Assembly: GCA_041687695.1 (NCBI GenBank)
Contig: JAWLBL010000003.1
Coordinates: 119,660 to 183,659 of the forward strand
Length of the DNA: 64,000 nt
Reading direction: 5' to 3'
Origin: Myxococcota bacterium
GTDB taxonomy: Bacteria > Myxococcota_A > UBA9042 > PHBI01 > JAWLBL01
The position numbers were made by a program, and so were the translations under genes. This document shows positions 30,778-40,494 of this stretch, piece after piece (within the stretch, counting starts at the first letter, position 1; every line of letters starts with the position of its first letter). The notes under the pieces were generated by a model, which did not search any database, had not been told where the DNA came from, and saw only the letters and a list, made by a program, of their open reading frames with translations.

Positions 30778-32926
30778 CCGGCTGCTCCCTCGCCTGTCCC
30801 TGCTGGCCGCCGCGGCTGGGCTCGCCTCGATGAGCCCGGCCGCGAGCGCCGACGAGCCCGACTACGGGACGGTCATCACCCCGCTGCGTGGCCCCGGCTC
30901 GGCGTTCGACGTCGACCGCTCGGTCTACGTCCTGGGCGACGACCAGCTGCGCGAGCTGCAGCCCATGGACCCGGTCGAGGCCATCGAAGCGCTGCCCGGC
31001 GTCCAACCCCAGCGGACCCAACGCGGCGCCGGCGCGCCCATCTTGCGCGGCCTCATCGGCCCGCAGAACCTCATCCTGGTCGACGGCGTGCGCCTGAGCA
31101 CCTCGATCTACCGCACCGGCCCCAACCAGTACGCCGCGCTGGTCGACCCGATGGCGCTCGAGGCCGTCGAGGTCGTGCTCGGCCCCGGCTCGGTGCTGTA
31201 CGGCTCGGACGCCCTCGGCGGGACGGTCGCCTACCACACCCTCGCCCTGCCGGACGAGGAGGGCTGGTGGGGCCGCACCACGGCGCGCTTCGCGTCGGCG
31301 GACCTGGGGCGGGCGCTGGGGCTGACGGCCGGCGGCCGCAAGGGTGCAGTCGCCGGCTGGCTCGGCGGCGCCTTCCGCATGCACGGCGCGCTGCGCACGG
31401 GCGACGGCGAGTCCCTGCCCAACAGCGACTACCTCGAGGGCGACTGGCGCGCCAAGCTGGGCGCCGATCTCGGGCGCGGCTGGCGCGTCACGGGCACCTG
31501 GCTGGGCACCCGCCTGCCCGACGCGGTGCGCATGGACACCATCGGCCAGGGCGACCAGCGCGAGTACGACAACCTGGACCAGCTGGCCTTCATCGACCTG
31601 CGGCGCGTCCGCCCGCGCGCGCTGGTCAGCGACGTGGGCCTCACGTTGGGCTACCACCACGTCACCGACCGGGTGGACCGCTACCTCTGCGAGACCGACG
31701 CCGACGACGTCGTGCTGGATCTGGCGGCCTGCCGCGACCGCGAGCGCGCGCAGCTCGAGGCCACCCGACGCACCATCGACACGGTCGACGCCCTGACCGG
31801 CTCGGCGACCCTGACGCTGCAGGGCCCCGACCGGCGCTTCCGCGTCATCACCGGCCTCGACGGCACCCACGAGTGGATCGGCAGTCAACGCTGGGACGGC
31901 CGCCCCGACGCCGACTTCGCCCTGGTCCGCCGCGATCGCGGCAACTTCTCCGACGGCTCGACCCATGGCTCGCTAGGCGCCTTCGCGCACGGCGAGGGGC
32001 GCCTGGGCCTGAGCCGCGACGTCGAGGGCGTGCTGACGGCCGGGGCTCGCCTGACCCACATCACCGCCTCGGCGCCCGACGTCCCGGGCCTCGGCCAGGT
32101 CGACTACGGGTTCACGGGGCTGGCGCTGACCGCCGGGGCGCGCGCCATCCTGTGGCAGCGCGCGAACCTGTACTTCAACTACTCGCAGGGCTTCCGCGCC
32201 CCCAACCTGCAAGAGGCGACCGTCCTGGGGGACACCGGCTCGACCTTCGAGATCCCCAACGACGCCCTGGGCCCCGAGCGCTCGGACACCTTCGAGGTCG
32301 GCGTCAAGTGGCACTCGCGGTGGCTGCGGCTGTCCGGGGCCGTGTTCTCGTCGACCGTCAGCGACGCCATCGTGCGCGAGGCGGCGACCTGGGAAGGGCA
32401 GAGCGAGGTCGACGGCAAGCCGGTCTTCCGGCGGACCAACGCGACGGAGGCCAGCTTCCGCGGGCTCGAGCTGGCGGGCACCTCGGGGCGTTGGCAGGGG
32501 CTGAGCCTGTTCGGCAGCGTCAGCGCCATCGAGGGGACCATCACGACGCGCGACGGCGACGACGAGCCCGCCCGGCGCGTGCCGCCGCTCAACGGGATGG
32601 CGGGCGTCCGCTGGGACGGCGCCTGGAAGCAGGCGTGGGTGCGCGCGGCCGTGCGCTGGGCGGCCGAGCAGGACCGGCTGGCGCCCGGCGACCGAAAGGA
32701 CCTGCGCATCTGCGGGGATCCGACGCGGCCGGGGCGGCTGCTGGCCGACTGCGAGGGGACCGAGGGCTGGGCGGCCCTGAGCCTGCGGGGCGGGCTGCAG
32801 GCCACCGACGCCCTGCGCCTCGATCTGGCCGTCGAGAACGTGCTGGACGCCAGCTATCGGTGGCACGGCTCGGGCCTCGACGCGCCCGGCGTGGACGCCC
32901 AGCTGTCCGCGACCTATCAGTGGTGA
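30761..32926 (+). CDS. TonB-dependent receptor
   Basis: Plug motifs [48 protein letters not shown]; terminal YQW. Confidence 0.9.
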   Translation: MPTRSSRLLPRLSLLAAAAGLASMSPAASADEPDYGTVITPLRGPGSAFDVDRSVYVLGDDQLRELQPMDPVEAIEALPGVQPQRTQRGAGAPILRGLIGPQNLILVDGVRLSTSIYRTGPNQYAALVDPMALEAVEVVLGPGSVLYGSDALGGTVAYHTLALPDEEGWWGRTTARFASADLGRALGLTAGGRKGAVAGWLGGAFRMHGALRTGDGESLPNSDYLEGDWRAKLGADLGRGWRVTGTWLGTRLPDAVRMDTIGQGDQREYDNLDQLAFIDLRRVRPRALVSDVGLTLGYHHVTDRVDRYLCETDADDVVLDLAACRDRERAQLEATRRTIDTVDALTGSATLTLQGPDRRFRVITGLDGTHEWIGSQRWDGRPDADFALVRRDRGNFSDGSTHGSLGAFAHGEGRLGLSRDVEGVLTAGARLTHITASAPDVPGLGQVDYGFTGLALTAGARAILWQRANLYFNYSQGFRAPNLQEATVLGDTGSTFEIPNDALGPERSDTFEVGVKWHSRWLRLSGAVFSSTVSDAIVREAATWEGQSEVDGKPVFRRTNATEASFRGLELAGTSGRWQGLSLFGSVSAIEGTITTRDGDDEPARRVPPLNGMAGVRWDGAWKQAWVRAAVRWAAEQDRLAPGDRKDLRICGDPTRPGRLLADCEGTEGWAALSLRGGLQATDALRLDLAVENVLDASYRWHGSGLDAPGVDAQLSATYQW

Positions 32927-32967
32927 CGAGGTCGGGCGGCGGCGCGTGAGCCGACCGCCCGCGCGGC

Positions 32968-34146
32968 TCAGTCGTGATCGTGGCCGTGGTGGTGGCCGTG
33001 GTCGTGGCCATGGCCGTGCGCGTGACCGCCGTGGTGGTGGTGGTCCTCGCCGCGCAGGTGCGCCTGGAAGTGCTCCCAGGCGGCGTCGACGTCGATGAGG
33101 GCCTGGAACGCCTCGCGCACGAGGCCGATCTCGTGAGGCAGCAGGCTGCCCCCGGACAGCTCGTCCGAGACGTACAGCGCCTGCAGGGCGCCGTCTCGAT
33201 CCCCGGCCGCGAGCAGCACGTCGGCGTCGCTCTCGAGCCAGCGCGCCACGCGCGCGCGGACGTCGGCGTCGGCCAGCCACGCGTCGGCCGAGCTGTCGGC
33301 CAGCCCCTCGACGCGCTGGCGGAACTCGGCCTGCTCGAGCGGCTCGTCGCCGTGCAGCACCGCCGACAGCTGCTCCATCAGCGCGGCGACCACCGCCTCG
33401 GGCGGCTGCATGATGCCGGCGTGCCGCGCGGTGCGCAGCCGCTCGGTCGTGCGCTCGAGGGCGGCCGGTCGCTCGGCGCCCGACAGCTGCGCGCGCGCGT
33501 CCCACCGCGACGGGTCGGCGCCCAGGCGGACGGCCTCGTCGCGCCAACGGAGCGCTTGGGTCCAGCCGTCCGGGAAGGTCCCGCCGCTGGCCTGGACGTC
33601 CTCGATGAGCCGGTCCATCAGCCGCACCGCGAGCGAGGCGTCGCCGATGACCGGCAGGGTCGCGGCCGCCTCCTCCTTGGCCTCGCGCAGCACCTTGCGC
33701 ATCTTGCCGACCGTCAGGCCGCCGATGAGCTGCACCTGCTCGATGCGGGCCCCCTCGGCGACGACCACCTCGACGCCCGAGGCGTCGGGCAGGGTGCCCA
33801 GGGCCAGCCACGACTCGCCGCGGAGCCCGGGGCCGGCGACGAAGGCGATCTGATCCAGGTCGACCTGCGCCCGCAGATCCAGCCCCTGCCCGCGCACGGC
33901 CTCACCCGAGACCCCGGCGCTCTTGAGCTGGTAGGCCGCCTTGCGGGCCGCCTTCTTCACGGCCTTGGGCACCTGGGCCTCGCCCAGCGCCTCGAGGTGC
34001 GCGCGCTGGCGCGCCTCGGTCAGGTAGGTGACCAGGGACTGCAGATCCTGCTCTCGCTCGCCCGCGAGCGAGCGGGCGGCGGCGACCTCGGCCGGGCCTT
34101 CGGCGAAGGCGCGCGCCGGCGCGGAGAGCTGGGCGATGTCGGACAT
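32968..34146 (-). CDS. Hypothetical protein with His-rich C-terminal tail
   Basis: GC3-biased frame; KKAARKAAYQLKSAGV; ends DHHHHGGHAHGHGHDHGHHHGHDHD. Confidence 0.75.
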   Translation of the reverse strand: MSDIAQLSAPARAFAEGPAEVAAARSLAGEREQDLQSLVTYLTEARQRAHLEALGEAQVPKAVKKAARKAAYQLKSAGVSGEAVRGQGLDLRAQVDLDQIAFVAGPGLRGESWLALGTLPDASGVEVVVAEGARIEQVQLIGGLTVGKMRKVLREAKEEAAATLPVIGDASLAVRLMDRLIEDVQASGGTFPDGWTQALRWRDEAVRLGADPSRWDARAQLSGAERPAALERTTERLRTARHAGIMQPPEAVVAALMEQLSAVLHGDEPLEQAEFRQRVEGLADSSADAWLADADVRARVARWLESDADVLLAAGDRDGALQALYVSDELSGGSLLPHEIGLVREAFQALIDVDAAWEHFQAHLRGEDHHHHGGHAHGHGHDHGHHHGHDHD

Positions 34147-34233
34147 GGAGGGGCTCCGAGGGGCGTCGTCGATGGGGTGCGGTTGCGGCGCCGCAATATA
34201 CTCGGATCGCGCGGCGGCCCAAGGGATGATGCG

Positions 34234-34266
34234 TTGACACGGCGTGCAGGGTGAACGTATGTTCAC
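34234..34266 (+). promoter_or_regulatory. Sigma70-like promoter overlapped by a LexA-like operator
   Basis: TTGACA 34234-34239, TATGTT 34258-34263, palindrome GTGAAC-gtat-GTTCAC 34251-34266. Confidence 0.65.
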
Positions 34267-34270
34267 GTTC

Positions 34271-35326
34271 ATGATGAACGAGCCCCGCAGTGAAGCGCGT
34301 CGCCAGGTCCTGCGCACCGTCTCGAACCCGCCGAACCCGTGGCAGGCGGTGGCCGTCGACTGGCTCGGCGACCCGCCCGACGCCGAGGTCGAGGTCTTCG
34401 AGGACCACTCCCGGTCGATCCTCAGCCGCAACGACAGCCCGGACGTTCCCTTCACCTGGAGCGTCAACCCCTACCGCGGCTGCCAGCACGCCTGCGCCTA
34501 CTGCTACGCGCGGCCCAGCCACATGCACCTCGACTTCGGGGCGGGCACCGACTTCGACCGGCGCCTGGTCGTCAAGCCGCGCGCCGCCGAGCTGCTCCGG
34601 GACGCCTTCGACCAGCGCGCCTGGAGGGGAGAGGTCATCGCCTTCAGCGGCAACACCGACTGCTACCAGCCGCTCGAGGCCAGCTGGGGGCTCACGCGCG
34701 CCTGCCTCGAGGTGTGCCTCGCCTACCGCAACCCGGTCGGGATCATCACCAAGTCCGCGCTCATCGAGCGCGACGTCGAGCTGCTGGTCGCGCTCTCGCA
34801 AAACACCCACTGCCACGTCACCGTCAGCCTGCCCTTCATGGATCCCGAGGTAGCGCGCGCCATCGAGCCCGGCGCCCCCTCGCCGGCGCGGCGCCTCAAG
34901 ACCATCCGGCGCCTGGCCGAGGCGGGCCTGTCGGTCGGCGTCAACGTCGCGCCCATCATCCCGGGCCTCAACGACGCGGACGTCGCCCCCATCCTGACCG
35001 CCGCCCGCCAGGCCGGGGCCCGCTACGCCGGGCACATCCTGGTGCGCCTGCCGGGCCCCGTCCGCGACGTCTTCGAGCAGCGCGTCCGCGCCCTGCTGCC
35101 CCTGCGCGCCGAGCGCGTCCTCCATCAGATCGACGCCTGCCGCGACGGGCGCCGCAACGACGCGCGCTTCGGCCACCGGATGCGCGGCACCGGCGAGCGC
35201 TGGCAGGCCATCGAGGCCCTGTTCCAGACCGTCTCGCGACGGCTCGGCTACGAGCAGCGCCCGACCCCCGACGCGCCGTCCCCGTTCCGACGCCCCGACA
35301 GCTCGCCGCAGCTCAGCCTCTTCTGA
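34271..35326 (+). CDS. PA0069/Rv2578c family radical SAM protein (SPL-like)
   Basis: NDSPDVPFTWSVNPYRGCQHACAYCYAR (CxxxCxxC), NTDCYQPLE, terminal QLSLF. Confidence 0.92.
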   Translation: MMNEPRSEARRQVLRTVSNPPNPWQAVAVDWLGDPPDAEVEVFEDHSRSILSRNDSPDVPFTWSVNPYRGCQHACAYCYARPSHMHLDFGAGTDFDRRLVVKPRAAELLRDAFDQRAWRGEVIAFSGNTDCYQPLEASWGLTRACLEVCLAYRNPVGIITKSALIERDVELLVALSQNTHCHVTVSLPFMDPEVARAIEPGAPSPARRLKTIRRLAEAGLSVGVNVAPIIPGLNDADVAPILTAARQAGARYAGHILVRLPGPVRDVFEQRVRALLPLRAERVLHQIDACRDGRRNDARFGHRMRGTGERWQAIEALFQTVSRRLGYEQRPTPDAPSPFRRPDSSPQLSLF

Positions 35327-35371
35327 GGGTCGGGGCCGTCGATCGGCCGCGCGAAACAACGCCGGTTTCGA

Positions 35372-35401
35372 TTGACAACCTCGCCGAGCGAGGCCTAGGT
35401 T
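35372..35401 (+). promoter_or_regulatory. Putative sigma70 promoter of the small ORF
   Basis: TTGACA-N18-TAGGTT. Confidence 0.45.
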
Positions 35402-35449
35402 CCGCGCCACTCATAGCCCGGCTGCGCGCCGGCTTGTCAGGAGGTGCTG

Positions 35450-35638
35450 ATGTTCGAGGTCGTGCTCGGAGAAGACGTCAAGACGTTCTCCACCCGCCAG
35501 GAGGCCATTCAGGCCGCTCGGCTTCTCTCCGCGGAGCACCGCGGGCTGGTCGCCATCACCGACCCCGACGGTCGCGAGCGGATGACCTATCAGGGCGGTG
35601 AGCTCATCAGCTACGACTACGAGATTCGCCGCGAGTAG
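35450..35638 (+). CDS. Small protein (62 aa), DUF2188-like
   Basis: AGGAGG RBS; FSTRQEAIQAARLLS...VAITDPDGR pattern. Confidence 0.7.
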   Translation: MFEVVLGEDVKTFSTRQEAIQAARLLSAEHRGLVAITDPDGRERMTYQGGELISYDYEIRRE

Positions 35639-35731
35639 TCGAGCGCGCCCCGACGGGCGCGCGCCCCGGACCGCCCCCTCCCAGGTCCCGGCTGGCCCGC
35701 TGGCCACTGGACCGGAGCCGGGGCGGCCTTG

Positions 35732-35758
35732 CACGACCCCTTCGATCGAGGGGTCGTG
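35732..35758. terminator. Hairpin between convergent genes
   Basis: CACGACCCCT / AGGGGTCGTG 10-bp stem. Confidence 0.5.
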
Positions 35759-35776
35759 GCGTTTCGAAGGCCGGGC

Positions 35777-36268
35777 TCAGACGGTGGGCAGGGGCCGGTA
35801 GATGACCTCGACGATCTCGAGCTCGCGCCGGCCGCCCGCCACCTGCGCGACGACCTGGTCGCCCTCCTTGCGGCGCATCAGCGCCTTGCCGATGGGCGAG
35901 CGCCACGAGATGAGCCCGCGCTCGGCGTCGATCTCGTCCTCGCCGACCAGGGTGTAGGTGCGCTCGCTGCCGTCGGGGTAGCCCAGGACCACCGTCGCGC
36001 CGAAGTAGACCGTGTCGCCCCGGTCGATGGCGGGGTCGATGACCTCGGCGGCCTCGAGGCGCTTGTCGAGCCAGCGCAGCCGGCGGTCGATCTCGCGCAG
36101 CTTCTTCTTGCCGTAGATGTACTCGGCGTTCTCGGAGCGATCGCCGAGCGAGGCCGCGTAGGCGACCTCGTCGACGATCTTCGGGCGCACCTCGGAGCGC
36201 AGGCGCGTGGACTCGTCGCGGAGACGCTTGAAGCCGGTCGGGGTGATGTAGTTCTTGAATTCCGCCAT
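35777..36268 (-). CDS. greB: Transcription elongation factor GreB
   Basis: NYITPTG, AASLGDRSENAEYIYGKKKLREIDRRLRWL, ISWRSPIGKAL. Confidence 0.95.
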   Translation of the reverse strand: MAEFKNYITPTGFKRLRDESTRLRSEVRPKIVDEVAYAASLGDRSENAEYIYGKKKLREIDRRLRWLDKRLEAAEVIDPAIDRGDTVYFGATVVLGYPDGSERTYTLVGEDEIDAERGLISWRSPIGKALMRRKEGDQVVAQVAGGRRELEIVEVIYRPLPTV

Positions 36269-36448
36269 GGATCGCTTGCTGCTGGGGGAACGTGGCGCGG
36301 GAGGGGCCGTCGGTGACCCTCGTGGAACGCGACGGGGCGCGTCGAAGTTTCCGGCGTGGTAGGTTGCGCGGGCATTCATACACCGGCGCGCGCTCCGTGG
36401 CAGCCCCAGGCTGCAGGCGGGCGTGCCGAGCGAGGAGGCGGGCAGGCG

Positions 36449-37132
36449 ATGTGTGGGCGATTCGGTCTGACGGTGGGCGCCCAGCAGCTGGCGGAGCTGC
36501 TGGGGCTGGACGAGATCCCCGACGCGACGCCGCGCTTCAACATCGCGCCGACCCAGGACGTCCTGACCGTGCGGCTCGAGGACGGGCGACGGCGGGCCGC
36601 GACGATGCGCTGGGGGCTGGTGCCGTCGTGGGCCAAGGACGTGAAGATCGGCGCGAAGATGATCAACGCGCGCAGCGAGACGGCGCCCGACAAGCCGGCC
36701 TTCCGGGCGGCCTTCAAGCGGCGGCGCTGCCTCGTGCCCGCCGACGGGTTCTACGAGTGGCAGCGCGTCGGAAAGAGCAAGCGGGCCTTTCACTTCCACC
36801 TGCGCTCGGGTCAGCCCTTCGCCATGGCTGGCCTCTGGGAGGTGTGGCGGGACCCGGCGCAGCCCGAGGCGACGCCGCTGGTGAGCTGCACGGTGCTGAC
36901 GACCGACTGCAACGAGCTGGTGCGCCCCGTGCACGACCGCATGCCCGTCATCCTGCCGCGCGAGGCGTGGGCGCCGTGGCTGGACCCTGGGGTGCAGGAC
37001 GCCGACGCGTTGACGCGGCTGCTGGCGCCCTATCCCAGCGCCGCGATGGAGGCGACGCCGGTCGGATCGTACGTGAACGACGCGCGCCACGAGGGCCCGG
37101 CCTGCCGCCAGGCCGAGGGGTTGCTCCTCTGA
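36449..37132 (+). CDS. SOS response-associated peptidase (SRAP/YedK, abasic-site protection)
   Basis: N-terminal MCGRF, RFNIAPTQ, WGLVPSW, INARSET, RCLVPADGFYEW, HDRMPVIL. Confidence 0.95.
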   Translation: MCGRFGLTVGAQQLAELLGLDEIPDATPRFNIAPTQDVLTVRLEDGRRRAATMRWGLVPSWAKDVKIGAKMINARSETAPDKPAFRAAFKRRRCLVPADGFYEWQRVGKSKRAFHFHLRSGQPFAMAGLWEVWRDPAQPEATPLVSCTVLTTDCNELVRPVHDRMPVILPREAWAPWLDPGVQDADALTRLLAPYPSAAMEATPVGSYVNDARHEGPACRQAEGLLL

Positions 37133-37149
37133 GCGCGCGACGTCGCGCC

Positions 37150-37779
37150 GTGGGTGTGGCGCTCGCCGCGGTCGTCGCCGCGGGCTGCGCGCCCGTCCCG
37201 CTGCTGCAGAACGCGAGGGTCGTGCCCAAGGGCGTGACGCGCGTCGGGTTGGCGGGCGCGGCCTTCTTGCCGACGGCCTCCGAGACCTTCTACGAGCCCG
37301 ATGGCCCGGGGTCGGGCAACCAGGAGGACCTGCGGTGGGTGCCGCTGCCCCATCTGGTGGGTTGGACCCGCCTGGGGCTCGGCGGGGGCGAGCTGCAGGC
37401 CGCCTTCCAGGTCCCGTCGTTCACCATGACGCTGGCGGGCAAGCTGGGCATCGTCGGCCTCGAGCGGGGCTCGCCGTTCGCGATGGCGTTGGGGGTCGAC
37501 GGCGGCTTCAGCCCGGTCGCGGGCAGCGCCGGCCTGGGCGGGACGCTGATGACCAGCGTCGGTCTGGGCGGCACGACCAGCCTGGACCTGTCGGTGCGCG
37601 CCGGCACGTTCACTTCCTGGTGGCAAGACCTGGCGCTGACGGCGACCGCCGGGGTGTCCTTCGGGCAAGGCGCGACCTGGCACCTGGTGGCCGGCGCCAT
37701 CGTGCCGGTGCGCGACGCCACGCCCGGGCTGTACCTGGCGATCGGACAGTCCTTCGGGGTCAAGGACGACCGCTATTGA
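37150..37779 (+). CDS. Hypothetical lipoprotein, possibly beta-barrel-like
   Basis: Lipobox AAGC, amphipathic Gly-rich strands; start uncertain. Confidence 0.65.
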   Translation: MGVALAAVVAAGCAPVPLLQNARVVPKGVTRVGLAGAAFLPTASETFYEPDGPGSGNQEDLRWVPLPHLVGWTRLGLGGGELQAAFQVPSFTMTLAGKLGIVGLERGSPFAMALGVDGGFSPVAGSAGLGGTLMTSVGLGGTTSLDLSVRAGTFTSWWQDLALTATAGVSFGQGATWHLVAGAIVPVRDATPGLYLAIGQSFGVKDDRY

Positions 37780-38187
<408 letters not shown>

Positions 38188-38413
38188 GCCCCCGCGGGCG
38201 CGGCGACGGAGGTCGGGCGCGACGTCGGTTTTCCGCCTGCTCCCTTGCGGGTCCGTGGGGCTTGCCGGAAAAAGGGGCCCCCCGAAACAGACCCGAAACA
38301 TTCGGGCGTTACCTTGCGCGCCGACACGCGGTGACGATCGGACGCATGCCCAGGGCGGGCGTGGCCGGTCCCCCCACGCCGCGCCAAGTTCGACGTGAAG
38401 GAGCAAAGCCCCC

Positions 38414-39832
38414 ATGGCGATGACCGGTAAGGATGCCATTGCGTTCGCCAAGAAGCACGGCGCGGTGATGGCCGACTTCAAGTTCACGGACTTCCTCGGC
38501 ACCTGGCAGCACATCTCGGTGCACATCGACCACCTCACCGAGGACGCCTTCGAGACGGGCTTCGGCTTCGACGGCTCGTCGATTCGCGGGTGGCAGCCCA
38601 TCAACGCCAGCGACATGGCCATCATCCCGGATCCCTCGACCGTGGTGATGGACCCGTTCACCAAGCACCCGACCGTGTCGTTCATCTGCGACGTGGCCGA
38701 CCCGGTGACGCTCGAGCCCTACTCGCGCGACCCGCGCTACGTCGCCAAGAAGGCGGTCGACTACCTGCGGTCGACCGGCATCGGCGACACCTGCTTCATC
38801 GGCCCCGAGGCCGAGTTCTTCCTGTTCGATTCGGTGCGCTACGACCAGCGGACCAACGGGGCCTTCTACGAGCTCGACTCGCGCGAGGGCTACTGGAACA
38901 CCGGCAAGGACGACGAGGGCGGCAACAAGGCCTACCGCGCGCGCCCCAAGGAGGGCTACTTCCCGGTGACGCCCTGGGACAGCTACCAGGATCTGCGCAC
39001 CGAGATGGTCATCGACCTCCTCAAGGCCGGCATCGAGGTCGAGGCCTCGCACCACGAGGTCGCCTCGAGCCAGTGCGAGATCGACATCCGCTTCGGCGAG
39101 CTGGTCAAGACGGGCGACCAGCTGATGTGGTTCAAGCACGTCGTGCGCAACGTCGCGGCGCGCAACGGCAAGGTGGCGACCTTCATGCCCAAGCCCCTCT
39201 ACGGGGACAACGGCTCGGGCATGCACACCCACATCTCCATTTGGAAAGAGGGCAAGAACCTGATGGCCGGCAACGAGTACGCCGGCCTGAGCCAGGAGGC
39301 CCTGTGGTTCATCGGCGGCATCATCCGCCATGCCCGCGCGATGGCGGCCATCTCGAACCCGACCACCAACAGCTACCGCCGTCTGGTGCCGGGCTACGAG
39401 GCCCCCGTGAACCTCGCCTACTCGAGCCGCAACCGCTCGGCGTCCATCCGCATCCCGATCGGCACGACCAGCCCGAAGTCGCGCCGCATCGAGTACCGCT
39501 GCCCCGACCCCAGCTGCAACCCGTACCTGAACTTCGCGGCGCTGCTGATGGCGGGCCTGGACGGCATCGAGAACAAGATCGATCCCGGCAAGCCGATGGA
39601 CAAGGACATCTACGGCCTGTCGCCGGTCGAGCTGGCCGAGATCCCGAAGATGCCGGGCAGCCTCGAGGAGGCCGTCGACGCGCTCGAGCAGGACCACGAG
39701 TTCCTGCTCAAGGGCGGCGTCTTCACCGAGGACCTCATCCGGGGCTGGATCGACCGCAAGCGCAACGTGGATCTGGACGCCTGGCGCCTGCGCCCGACCC
39801 CGCAGGAGTTCTACCTGTACTTCGACTGCTAG
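38414..39832 (+). CDS. glnA: Glutamine synthetase type I
   Basis: [51 protein letters not shown]. Confidence 0.98.
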   Translation: MAMTGKDAIAFAKKHGAVMADFKFTDFLGTWQHISVHIDHLTEDAFETGFGFDGSSIRGWQPINASDMAIIPDPSTVVMDPFTKHPTVSFICDVADPVTLEPYSRDPRYVAKKAVDYLRSTGIGDTCFIGPEAEFFLFDSVRYDQRTNGAFYELDSREGYWNTGKDDEGGNKAYRARPKEGYFPVTPWDSYQDLRTEMVIDLLKAGIEVEASHHEVASSQCEIDIRFGELVKTGDQLMWFKHVVRNVAARNGKVATFMPKPLYGDNGSGMHTHISIWKEGKNLMAGNEYAGLSQEALWFIGGIIRHARAMAAISNPTTNSYRRLVPGYEAPVNLAYSSRNRSASIRIPIGTTSPKSRRIEYRCPDPSCNPYLNFAALLMAGLDGIENKIDPGKPMDKDIYGLSPVELAEIPKMPGSLEEAVDALEQDHEFLLKGGVFTEDLIRGWIDRKRNVDLDAWRLRPTPQEFYLYFDC

Positions 39833-39851
39833 CAGTCGGTCCGTCGTGACG

Positions 39852-39894
39852 ACGAAGACCCGGGTGGCCCACGCCGCCCGGGTCTTCGTGTTTT
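39852..39894 (+). terminator. Rho-independent terminator after glnA
   Basis: ACGAAGACCCGGG...CCCGGGTCTTCGT followed by GTTTT. Confidence 0.85.
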
Positions 39895-39912
39895 GAAGTA
39901 CGCTGCCGGGCG

Positions 39913-40395
39913 ATGTCGACCCACCCCTACGACAGCCTGCCCCCGACCCAGGCCCGCCGTCTCCGGCGCCTGCATCGCCTGCTGGGTGTCGCCGTGCTGC
40001 TCGCCCTGGCCGTCGGCCTGGTCTGGGTGCGATTCGGACGCGCCACCGACGCCAAGGGGGCCGCGCTGCGTCAGGGCGCCGTCGCCCTCGAGCGAGCGCT
40101 GACCGCCGAAGCCGACTGGGCGCCGGCCGAGGCGCTGTTCGCGCGGGCCGCCCGTGCCAGCGTCTTCGACCCGTACCCCGTCTTCGCCCTCGAGCTGACG
40201 CAGCAGCTGCGCCAGGGGCGCCTGGACCTCCGCGACCCGGCCCTCGAGCCCGTCGCGCGGGCCATGGCCGCCGGCGACCTCGCCGGGGCCCGGCGGGCGC
40301 TGCAAGCGGTCCCCGAGAGCGCCCCAGGACGCGCCTGGTTCCATAGGCTGCTGGACGACATGGCCGCCGCCCGAGCGCCCGCCGCGGATCGCTGA
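39913..40395 (+). CDS. Hypothetical membrane-anchored helical protein
   Basis: One TM segment, GC3 bias. Confidence 0.65.
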   Translation: MSTHPYDSLPPTQARRLRRLHRLLGVAVLLALAVGLVWVRFGRATDAKGAALRQGAVALERALTAEADWAPAEALFARAARASVFDPYPVFALELTQQLRQGRLDLRDPALEPVARAMAAGDLAGARRALQAVPESAPGRAWFHRLLDDMAAARAPAADR

Positions 40396-40494
40396 AAAAA
40401 GCGCGCAACAAAACCGGCCGATCTCCCGACTTGTATTAGGGGGCCGCCCGCCGCGCCCCCTGATGCCCCGTCCCCGGTGCGGAGGGAGGTCGCC

